DNA of 38,230 bases from a virus, in the IMG/VR virus record IMGVR_UViG_3300045988_172120, positions 1 to 38,230 of that record. One strand, given 5' to 3'. A model generated the notes under the pieces. That model had not been told where the DNA came from, made no database searches, and saw only the letters and a list, made by a program, of their open reading frames with translations. A program made the translations under genes and the position numbers. The first letter of the stretch is position 1. The number at the start of each line of letters is the position of its first letter. Positions 31,855 through 38,230 of this stretch are shown piece by piece.

Positions 31855-32233
31855 TTCCCATCTTATCGTTGTTGCCTTCATCTGCCAGAAGGCTATCAAT
31901 CTTCTTGCGCCGTTCCTCACGCCACAACCGTACACGCTCACGCATCTTCGGGTCACGCCCCAAATCAGCCATCACATGACCACAATGGGCTACGATATCC
32001 CCAGGCCTTGGGGGCGAATCAGTGGCACGCGCCAAACCAAACCAGCGACCAAACGCCATATCATACACCGGCTCCGGGTAGTCACCAATAGCATTCAATG
32101 ATTGATACCACGTGTCAATCAGAATCTTATACTCCTTGGCGTTTTGGGGCCGTTTGAAACCCCACACCGCCACGATCATTTTCTCCAATAATTTTTCGGT
32201 AGCTTCTGGACTGATACTCACCGCAGACACCAC
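31838..32233 (-). CDS. Putative helicase loader (SPP1 G39P-like)
   Basis: The pattern ...KLLEKMIVAVWGF ... LIDTWYQSLNAIGDYPEPVYDMA ... PPRPGDIVA resembles the G39P loader family. It lies between the organiser-like gene and ssb. GTG start is uncertain. Confidence 0.45.
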   Translation of the reverse strand: MVSAVSISPEATEKLLEKMIVAVWGFKRPQNAKEYKILIDTWYQSLNAIGDYPEPVYDMAFGRWFGLARATDSPPRPGDIVAHCGHVMADLGRDPKMRERVRLWREERRKKIDSLLADEGNNDKMGNDDES

Positions 32234-32838
32234 GCTTCCGGGTCGTCAATGCTCAACCCCTCGTATTCCGACATGGGGGAGATACGTAACAGTGACGGTA
32301 TTACAGGTACACTATCCCACTCCCCTCCATTCAGCCAAGTGGTCGGGTGCTTAATATACTGCTGATCCGTACCGACAGCATCATGATAAGCAGCGTACCG
32401 TTTAGCCGCATCTATCAGGGTTTCCTCAGAAACAGTTTCAACAGCACTTTTCCACGCCTGAAACGCCTTGGCCTTATTTACCCGGCGAGGATAGGCTTTC
32501 CAAAACGCATCGAACCCTTCAGTGTACCTGCCCCACACGGGGCGTTTAGCCGCCCCCGCAAGCACAGCTTTGCAATTCGGTGGGGCAATAACACTGACTG
32601 TAACCATTTCTGAGGATTCCCCAATCGTGCACACCCAATGAAAATCAAACAAAACCTCAAGGTGGCGCATGAAATCGTCGCGTGATTCGTGAACAAAGTC
32701 TAAGAAAGTATCCATATCGGTTTGGGTTCCAGACGCCCCAGCCACCAGAAGCCGCAGAAGGAAAGCCGCATCATAGTCTTGAAGCTCGTCAACCCCAACC
32801 TCGGGTTTACCCTCGGTAATCCGCACTTTAACCAGCAT
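32218..32838 (-). CDS. Putative replication initiator / replisome organiser (DnaD-like C-terminal motif)
   Basis: FDAFWKAYPRRVNKAKAFQAWKSAV ... HPTTWLNGGEWD is a motif I associate with phage replication organiser proteins. Position fits the replication module. Confidence 0.5.
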   Translation of the reverse strand: MLVKVRITEGKPEVGVDELQDYDAAFLLRLLVAGASGTQTDMDTFLDFVHESRDDFMRHLEVLFDFHWVCTIGESSEMVTVSVIAPPNCKAVLAGAAKRPVWGRYTEGFDAFWKAYPRRVNKAKAFQAWKSAVETVSEETLIDAAKRYAAYHDAVGTDQQYIKHPTTWLNGGEWDSVPVIPSLLRISPMSEYEGLSIDDPEAWCLR

Positions 32839-33520
32839 CAGGCTTGCCCTCCAAACGATCCTTGCAATCCTTATACAGCCGCATCACACGGGGGTCCTCA
32901 CGCAAATCTTGAGAAAGATTCATATAGTCATTCCGCAACACCTCAAGATCAGTGATGCCCATCACCCGCGTAATAAACTCCTCTGATAAATCCGCGGGCT
33001 TATCCGGCTTACTATCAACCTCACTATGGTCAACACCATCAACCGTGATGTGAGAATAATCACGGTCAACCTCCGCAGTAGGAATATACAACACTTGGGT
33101 TAGGGCTGTGCGCAACGCCACACTAATCGCTTTTGATGTGGCTTTATCGCTGGTGTCGAACGCCTCCGCAGGCACAGTCACCGACAGTTCGTCGCCTGAT
33201 TCACCATCAATAAACGTGTACTCCACCAACAGGCGTACACGGATTTGACCAGCGCCTTTCGATGTGGTAGCAACTTCGTACTTCCAGTCAAGAACCTTAA
33301 CCTTAATGACGATACCAAGCCGCGAAAATACTGGGTGGACAGCATTGATGACATGCTCAATGCCGCGGAAATTATAGCGTTGGTGCTGGTTCTGCCCCCA
33401 CTTGCCAACCGCGCCAATTTCTTTCGACGCTAACGCTAGCTTATGGGCAATGCCTTTTACCTCAATGGCGGGGGCCTCATCATCCTTCACCCCATCAGGG
33501 GCTTGTGTTAATTCAGTCAC
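32828..33520 (-). CDS. erf: ERF-family single-strand annealing protein
   Basis: YNFRGIEHVINAVHPVFSRLGI ... FDTSDKATSKAISVALRTALTQVLYIPT parallels the P22 Erf motifs (YKYRSCEDILEGVKPLL ... ATSSYARKYCLNGLFGID). Confidence 0.8.
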   Translation of the reverse strand: MTELTQAPDGVKDDEAPAIEVKGIAHKLALASKEIGAVGKWGQNQHQRYNFRGIEHVINAVHPVFSRLGIVIKVKVLDWKYEVATTSKGAGQIRVRLLVEYTFIDGESGDELSVTVPAEAFDTSDKATSKAISVALRTALTQVLYIPTAEVDRDYSHITVDGVDHSEVDSKPDKPADLSEEFITRVMGITDLEVLRNDYMNLSQDLREDPRVMRLYKDCKDRLEGKPDAG

Positions 33521-33532
33521 AATTACCTTTCC

Positions 33533-33688
33533 TTACATGAAGTGAGCTACAGCCCACACCAGGGCTGCGATAGCCGCAACAACAATAGTAAGCTTCACGA
33601 TCACGGCAAACACCATCAGGCCAACCCACAGTCGCTGTTGACGTTTCATTTCCGCGTCGAACTCTTCAAACGAATGATCCAATTTCAT
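33533..33688 (-). CDS. Small membrane protein (51 aa, one TM helix)
   Basis: Trimmed to the ATG at 33688 (SD GAGGAAA). The hydrophobic core is LWVGLMVFAVIVKLTIVVAAIAALVWAV. Confidence 0.55.
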   Translation of the reverse strand: MKLDHSFEEFDAEMKRQQRLWVGLMVFAVIVKLTIVVAAIAALVWAVAHFM

Positions 33689-33783
33689 GTGTTTTTCCTC
33701 ACATTTTAGGGACGGGGGACAGCCAACACGACAGTATCGTGTCGACTTCACCCACCCCCACAACAGTGGGGCAGGGCTTTCTC

Positions 33784-34362
33784 TTAGCTCACTGGCACAT
33801 CCTCACACTTCGGCTGGGACAACGGGTCGTTTCCGGCAAGAAACTTCTCGCATTTAGCATCAAACTCCGCCAACACATCCCGCCAACCAGGAATAATCAT
33901 ATCAAGCAAAGCGTCAGAATCAGGATCACCGGAACAAGATTCAATACCAGCCCACTGGTGATCCGCGCCATGACCAATATCAAGGAACAGGGATGACTGG
34001 TCATCGTCGTGTTCGCGGTGCATGCTGAAATAGTACACGCAGTGCCCGCCCGCCGCCCGGGGTAGCATCACGTACTGTGAGAAAAACCAACTGTCATCCT
34101 CACGGCGGTAGAACCGCATTTCCTCAAACCGCACAGCATCTTTGCGCAGGTCGTGCACCCGCGCCCCAACCCACGCCTGTGGCAACAACTCGTTGATCGC
34201 CGTCTTGCCCTCGGTGGTGTCGGGGTCGAGAATCCACTTATCGTTTTCAATGTCAAGCACCCGATCATAGAACCAACCATAAGCAATATACCAGCCAGGC
34301 TTGTGGGGGTAGTATTCTTCTAGCAGCCGGTCAGCCCGGTTTATCTTCTCAAACGTTGCCAT
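33784..34362 (-). CDS. Hypothetical protein, paralogous at its C-terminus to the 1752..2387 product
   Basis: 192-aa ORF whose ATG lies 7 nt downstream of a TATAAT box. See the paralog evidence under 1752..2387. Confidence 0.8.
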   Translation of the reverse strand: MATFEKINRADRLLEEYYPHKPGWYIAYGWFYDRVLDIENDKWILDPDTTEGKTAINELLPQAWVGARVHDLRKDAVRFEEMRFYRREDDSWFFSQYVMLPRAAGGHCVYYFSMHREHDDDQSSLFLDIGHGADHQWAGIESCSGDPDSDALLDMIIPGWRDVLAEFDAKCEKFLAGNDPLSQPKCEDVPVS

Positions 34363-34369
34363 GGTTCTT

Positions 34370-34398
34370 ATTATACTCCTTTACTTGCTCGTTTGCAA
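34370..34398 (-). promoter_or_regulatory. Promoter TTGCAA-N17-TATAAT, 7 nt from the ATG (leaderless geometry)
   Basis: Minus sense reads ttgcaa (34393..34398), a 17-nt spacer, tataat (34370..34375), aagaacc, then the ATG at 34362. Confidence 0.65.
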
Positions 34399-34399
34399 A

Positions 34400-35161
34400 T
34401 CAGACTTTACGCCACAACCACACGGCCCCATCGCCCGTGGTGGAATATTTCTCACCCGGGTGGTTTTTATCCATATACAAAAGCGTTGCAATCTCCTGAT
34501 CCGCGTTCTTGCCGATACGGATTTTTGCGGCCAAAACTTTCTCAACATCCTGCTTGAACGCGGCCATTGCCCGGTGGCGCCAAGGGGCGATAGCATCCAG
34601 CTGCCGTTCGCCCTCTTCGGTGCCGTCAGAAATCCCCATGTTAGTCCACGCGGTGTCCGGCACACCATCATCCTCACGCGAATAACCGCCATGAAAAGTG
34701 GTAATGAACTTCCCCTCACCGATCACATCACCAACAAGCAGGTAGTGGAACGCGATATGCGGGTGGTCATCGTGTGGAACATCCAGGTCCGGGTTGATGA
34801 AACTGATTCGGCGAACCAAAGACTTTTCACCATAGAACGAAACAACACCATCGCCACGGGATAAGAACATTTGCCCAGGCTGCACCTTAGTGAACCCACC
34901 CCCATTATTGGGGTATCGGATATCCGACTGCTTCAAAACCTCGATAACCTCATCCTGGTCATCACCCCAGTAGTATAGTCGCCATTTCTCCGCCTCATCA
35001 TCAACCAGGCGATGGTAAGCATGGTCATCATTGAAAAGTTCCTTCGGGGTTTCGGGGCAGTGCTTCTTGCGCAGCTGCTCAATCACCCAATACTTTTCAC
35101 CCAGGAAAGCATCATAGTGATCTTCCTCACCCTCGCAAACATCAAGATAAGTGTCCGTCAT
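34400..35161 (-). CDS. Hypothetical protein
   Basis: 253-aa ORF with ATGA overlap onto the upstream gene. No motif recognised. Confidence 0.8.
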   Translation of the reverse strand: MTDTYLDVCEGEEDHYDAFLGEKYWVIEQLRKKHCPETPKELFNDDHAYHRLVDDEAEKWRLYYWGDDQDEVIEVLKQSDIRYPNNGGGFTKVQPGQMFLSRGDGVVSFYGEKSLVRRISFINPDLDVPHDDHPHIAFHYLLVGDVIGEGKFITTFHGGYSREDDGVPDTAWTNMGISDGTEEGERQLDAIAPWRHRAMAAFKQDVEKVLAAKIRIGKNADQEIATLLYMDKNHPGEKYSTTGDGAVWLWRKV

Positions 35162-35586
35162 TTGGTTTCCCCTTTCAAATAGTTTTGCAGGCTTGCCTTA
35201 TGGAACTCGTAGGCGATTTTATACAAGCGTGTGGCGATACGGTTGCCCTCCGGGTCATCAATTTTTTCACCTTCACGGAACATGTACATGGTGTGGTTGT
35301 GACATTCTTCAGCCTTGGCCAAGAGCTCTTCCATCGCCATACCGGTTTTTGCACCATCCTGAATCACATCCAGGGTGGCCAGGCCCTCATTCACCCCCAG
35401 CAGATACGCGTAATCCTCGGCAAACTTGCGGAAACAATCTTCAGTGAACCGTGTGAAACCATCAACCTTGTACGCTACTTTTTCACGCTCCGTATCATCC
35501 TTGCGTTCTAGTAGCCTGCTGAAAAATTCTGCCAAACGGCCTTCCTGCGCCGCGGTCATCACAGCGCCCCAATTGATATTAACCAT
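35158..35586 (-). CDS. Hypothetical protein
   Basis: 142-aa ORF whose ATG lies 6 nt downstream of TGTTATAAT. Confidence 0.8.
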   Translation of the reverse strand: MVNINWGAVMTAAQEGRLAEFFSRLLERKDDTEREKVAYKVDGFTRFTEDCFRKFAEDYAYLLGVNEGLATLDVIQDGAKTGMAMEELLAKAEECHNHTMYMFREGEKIDDPEGNRIATRLYKIAYEFHKASLQNYLKGETK

Positions 35587-35592
35587 GCCCCT

Positions 35593-35601
35593 ATTATAAC
35601 A
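35593..35601 (-). promoter_or_regulatory. Extended -10 promoter TGTTATAAT, 6 nt from the ATG (leaderless geometry)
   Basis: Minus sense reads tgttataat-aggggc-ATG (35586). An imperfect hairpin (35603..35631) lies just upstream. Confidence 0.6.
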
Positions 35602-35659
35602 ATCCCCGGCCTAGACCGAAAGTCTAAACCGGGAAACGGGTGGTGATGTTGGTCACATG

Positions 35660-36073
35660 TTAGCATTCGTAGGCGATAGCATCAAACAAAACACCCTCGG
35701 CACGCTTTAGCCTACGCACTAAATCATCATCCGAAAGCAGGGGGATTACCGCATTAGCATAGGGCACGATTACCCCATACGCAAAAGTGAACACATCAAA
35801 ATCATCAAAATTATTGAAAACAGCCATCGCATTTTCGATAAGCATTTCCGCAATCTTCACAGGGTCCGACTCCCCCAACCACGGGGGTACCGCGGCTCCC
35901 GCCAGGAACCGGAGCTTTTCTTCCGAAACCCCCACATCCTGCCCCGCATCCTTCAGCAGCGACAACTGCAACACCAAGGGGGTGGCCACAACCCAATCCG
36001 GCACCCCCGCTTTCGGGAAAACATCAACCTGTTTTTTCAGGTATTCCTTAAACTCCGCCAAGTTCATGTTCAT
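35660..36073 (-). CDS. Hypothetical protein, tandem paralog of 36070..36495
   Basis: Shared motifs: FPKAGVPDWV / FPRGGIPEWV and AAVPPW...DPVKIAEML / AAVTPPW...TPVEAAQIM. Confidence 0.8.
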   Translation of the reverse strand: MNMNLAEFKEYLKKQVDVFPKAGVPDWVVATPLVLQLSLLKDAGQDVGVSEEKLRFLAGAAVPPWLGESDPVKIAEMLIENAMAVFNNFDDFDVFTFAYGVIVPYANAVIPLLSDDDLVRRLKRAEGVLFDAIAYEC

Positions 36074-36495
36074 AGCGACCCTTTCAAAACTTCATCCACC
36101 ATTTCCAACACGAGCATCATATTAGCAGCAAACTCAACCTTAGAAAAACCATCAGGCATCAGACGGAAAATCACTTCCGCCTCAGGAATGAGCACGCTCC
36201 GCATGCGGCTAATCTCCGTGGGGCTCATCGCACCATTCGAAACCTGACGGATATTCGCGGCCATGATTTGCGCAGCCTCAACAGGCGTTTTAGCGGAATG
36301 CCACGGGGGCGTGACAGCCGCCACCAGGGCAGCATAATCACCCACACCCATGCCCTCGATCGGGTAGCCGTAGCGCTCCAAAGAATCAACCTCATGCAAC
36401 AAAACCTGTGCTTCCACCCATTCGGGTATCCCGCCGCGGGGAAAATTCTTCACCCGCTCAAGCACACCAGCCTGGTATTCCTGTAAGGTTTCCAT
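36070..36495 (-). CDS. Hypothetical protein, tandem paralog of 35660..36073
   Basis: 141-aa ORF with ATGA-type coupling at both ends. See the paralog motifs under 35660..36073. Confidence 0.8.
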   Translation of the reverse strand: METLQEYQAGVLERVKNFPRGGIPEWVEAQVLLHEVDSLERYGYPIEGMGVGDYAALVAAVTPPWHSAKTPVEAAQIMAANIRQVSNGAMSPTEISRMRSVLIPEAEVIFRLMPDGFSKVEFAANMMLVLEMVDEVLKGSL

Positions 36496-37013
36496 TAATC
36501 AAATCCTCCTAAGATTTTTTGCATACGTTCAAGATTTTGTTTCCCAATCTCCGCCACCTCCGCTTGGGTATACGCATCATGTGGGATTATTTGCCCGGGT
36601 GGCAGAGTGTAGCATCGTTGCAGAAACTTGTCAAGCGTGTTCTTAGCCTCCGGCCAAACCGATAGAAGATCATCACCCGCAGGCTTACCGTAAGAAATGC
36701 GCCACCGGAAAACCAGCCGGTAGGCGCGCCCCCTAACGTCCTGGTGAACCCGCACGACAACTTCCATCTCCTGCTCATCGAACGGGGCCATCACATCAAA
36801 CTCTACCGACACTCGCAGCGTGACCTGACCCCTGATACTGCCCTGGATAGGCCAGGTATCAACCCCGTGCACCCCTAAATCGCTCATCGGATCATGCGGG
36901 TTATTGACACCGCCGTATCTCAGGACACCACCCCCACCAATATTTTTCTTCAGGAAATTACGCATTGTGTGGGGGATTCGCCCCATCACTTTAATGCTAC
37001 CAGGCACGATCAC
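36495..37013 (-). CDS. Hypothetical protein, arm paralog family A
   Basis: Start trimmed to the GTG at 37013, 6 nt after GGAGGAGG. Motifs are shared with the 709..1194 and 37408..37854 products. Confidence 0.7.
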   Translation of the reverse strand: MIVPGSIKVMGRIPHTMRNFLKKNIGGGGVLRYGGVNNPHDPMSDLGVHGVDTWPIQGSIRGQVTLRVSVEFDVMAPFDEQEMEVVVRVHQDVRGRAYRLVFRWRISYGKPAGDDLLSVWPEAKNTLDKFLQRCYTLPPGQIIPHDAYTQAEVAEIGKQNLERMQKILGGFD

Positions 37014-37350
37014 GAAACTCCTCCTCCAAACATTCACGCGCATGCCGCGAAATGATATCATCAATCAAGCATAATCCCTCGGGGCTTTCCGCAAAAACAA
37101 CTTTGGCTGAACTGTCCTCGTGGTAAATATCAATGAAAGTGACGTAATTATCATCTCCGCCTTCGCAGCCGATGGATACCTCACACTCGCCAAACCGCTT
37201 TTTATACGTCAATCCGTACCAAAACCCATCATCAGAAGAAAGCGGCTCGGTGTAGCTGTTCTGCTCCCATGTGCCATCCCAAAGGTTTACCAGCTGGTCA
37301 CGAAGAAGGTCTTTCACCTCTTTAATGATTTGCATTATCGTATCTTCCAT
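36997..37350 (-). CDS. Hypothetical acidic protein
   Basis: 117-aa ORF whose ATG lies 7 nt downstream of TGGTATAAT. Confidence 0.8.
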   Translation of the reverse strand: MEDTIMQIIKEVKDLLRDQLVNLWDGTWEQNSYTEPLSSDDGFWYGLTYKKRFGECEVSIGCEGGDDNYVTFIDIYHEDSSAKVVFAESPEGLCLIDDIISRHARECLEEEFRDRAW

Positions 37351-37357
37351 GCTTTTT

Positions 37358-37366
37358 ATTATACCA
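37358..37366 (-). promoter_or_regulatory. Extended -10 promoter TGGTATAAT, 7 nt from the ATG (leaderless geometry)
   Basis: Minus sense reads tggtataat-aaaaagc-ATG (37350). A GC hairpin cggggc...gccccg (37371..37392) lies just upstream. Confidence 0.6.
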
Positions 37367-37407
37367 GTTCGGGGCCAGTAAAACCAGCCCCGGGAACGTG
37401 ATGTTAA

Positions 37408-37854
37408 TCACTCTGTGACGATTGCCACAAACTCTTGCAAATACTGGGCCGCCATAGGCTGGTCCAGCAACCACAGGTAAGTTTGGGCAATGAAACCATA
37501 CAAGGCGGGTTCACAACCAGGCCAGTACTTACGCAAACCCTGGGGCTCCAACACATCCTCAATGGTGATTTTCCACTCGATGCGCACCTCATCATAAAGG
37601 TGTCGGATATCGAGCCGCGCGGTCAAGGTGTGCATCCAGCATGGTTTAGTGGCGTCGCCCTCGAAAAGCACATCAAAATCGTAGGCCCCATACTCATCCC
37701 AGCATTCAACCCTCATGGTGGCGCGTCGGGTGCGCGGGTCGATGCCCTGGTGGAAGCTTGTTGATGCGTAGCCGTATTTCGGCATGTCGATTAGCTCGAA
37801 AATGCTTTTGACAAGCGTTTCCATTGTTGGGGGCACATGATCGAGTACTTTCAT
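37408..37854 (-). CDS. Hypothetical protein, arm paralog family A
   Basis: 148-aa ORF, second gene from the right end, mirroring the second gene from the left end (709..1194) with which it shares motifs. Confidence 0.8.
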   Translation of the reverse strand: MKVLDHVPPTMETLVKSIFELIDMPKYGYASTSFHQGIDPRTRRATMRVECWDEYGAYDFDVLFEGDATKPCWMHTLTARLDIRHLYDEVRIEWKITIEDVLEPQGLRKYWPGCEPALYGFIAQTYLWLLDQPMAAQYLQEFVAIVTE

Positions 37855-37856
37855 GG

Positions 37857-38204
37857 CTAAAACTCTCCTTCCTCATCATAGCAGTGGTCTTCCAGCCATT
37901 CCATGGCAGCATCCTCAAACATGCTCTTGATTAACCATAGTTTGCCACCCAAAATTTTGTCGATCTGCTCACGCTCATCCCATTTTTCCAACTCCAGAAT
38001 TTCGCCGCTGGGAAGATGCTCGATGGTCAGGCCAAGATCGTATTCATCGAGGATTCCGGTTGCCCAGATGAGAATTTCGTAATCCCCGACCGTGCGAGTC
38101 CAGGATAAGCGTATCCCTTCCTCGATGTCAGTTTCCACTGGTGCGGTTTCCCAGCCGTCCATGGTGAGGTTGACGTCCACCACAATATCGAAAATGTCAC
38201 TCAT
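37857..38204 (-). CDS. Hypothetical highly acidic protein (right end gene, N-terminus MSDIFDIVV shared with left end gene)
   Basis: 115-aa ORF. SD and the first 9 codons lie in the ITR. Roughly a quarter of residues are D/E by manual count. Confidence 0.8.
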   Translation of the reverse strand: MSDIFDIVVDVNLTMDGWETAPVETDIEEGIRLSWTRTVGDYEILIWATGILDEYDLGLTIEHLPSGEILELEKWDEREQIDKILGGKLWLIKSMFEDAAMEWLEDHCYDEEGEF

Positions 38205-38230
38205 TATTTGTGCCCCTCCTAGGCACTTCC
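38176..38230. repeat. Right terminal inverted repeat, partner of 1..55
   Basis: Read directly: tccaccacaatatcgaaaatgtcactcattatttgtgcccctcctaggcacttcc is the reverse complement of 1..55. Confidence 0.97.

Noticed and set aside
38100-38230. Search for a promoter that could drive the end genes if the ends were joined head to tail (for example TTGACG at 38170..38175).
   Set aside because: No acceptable -10 hexamer lies at 16-19 nt spacing, and the 52-nt palindromic junction itself has no -35/-10 pair. No promoter is called, and the source of transcription for both end genes remains unexplained.
1-38230. Looked for an integrase, CI/Cro-type repressor pair, protelomerase, terminal protein, family-B DNA polymerase, primase, tRNA genes, CRISPR repeats and reverse transcriptase/DGR repeats.
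   Set aside because: No ORF shows the corresponding signatures: no R..HxxR..Y tyrosine-recombinase pattern, no polymerase DxxSLYPS/YxDTDS motifs and no T-loop GGTTCGAATC-like sequence in any gap. There are no arrays of short direct repeats. Absence is by eye only and should be confirmed with HMM and tRNA scanners.

Overview
The window reads as a complete or nearly complete ~38.2-kb tailed (siphovirus-type) dsDNA phage genome. It has an actinobacterial flavour: a modular LysA-type endolysin, a tape measure carrying NlpC/P60 and transglycosylase motifs, and several TGnTATAAT promoters only 6-7 nt from start codons, implying leaderless mRNAs. Layout: a short left arm of 7 plus-strand genes (27..4073, unknowns plus a YqaJ-type exonuclease) converges at a bidirectional terminator (4088..4117) with one long minus-strand array running inward from the right end. 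That array, right to left, holds about 10 small unknown and often acidic genes, then the Erf annealase, a replication organiser, a helicase-loader-like protein, SSB, NrdH and DnaB. Next come an 80-aa unknown, a metallophosphoesterase, DUF3310, RusA, an HTH protein, an HNH/P-loop fusion, TerS and TerL. The structural block is portal, ClpP-type protease, decoration protein, major capsid, a 125-aa acidic unknown (19841..20218), head-tail joining genes, major tail, G/GT chaperones with a canonical G_GGA_AAA -1 slip site, a 2214-aa tape measure and three tail-tip genes. It ends with endolysin, holin and a membrane/coiled-coil protein. The only other plus-strand gene is a moron with its own consensus promoter and terminator (9423..9746), wedged between the tape measure and the tail-tip genes. 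The most unusual observations are: (1) perfect 55-bp terminal inverted repeats that contain the Shine-Dalgarno and first 9 codons of both end genes; (2) diverged paralog families arranged mirror-wise on the two arms; (3) a ~75-bp structured intergenic element present twice in the late operon; (4) a duplicated promoter-leader cassette; (5) a three-member late-promoter family and several leaderless starts; (6) intrinsic terminators inside the late operon. I could not recognise an integrase, repressor, DNA polymerase, primase, protelomerase, terminal protein, tRNA or CRISPR array. All functional calls come from motif recognition by eye and gene order. No database search or computation beyond manual counting was possible.
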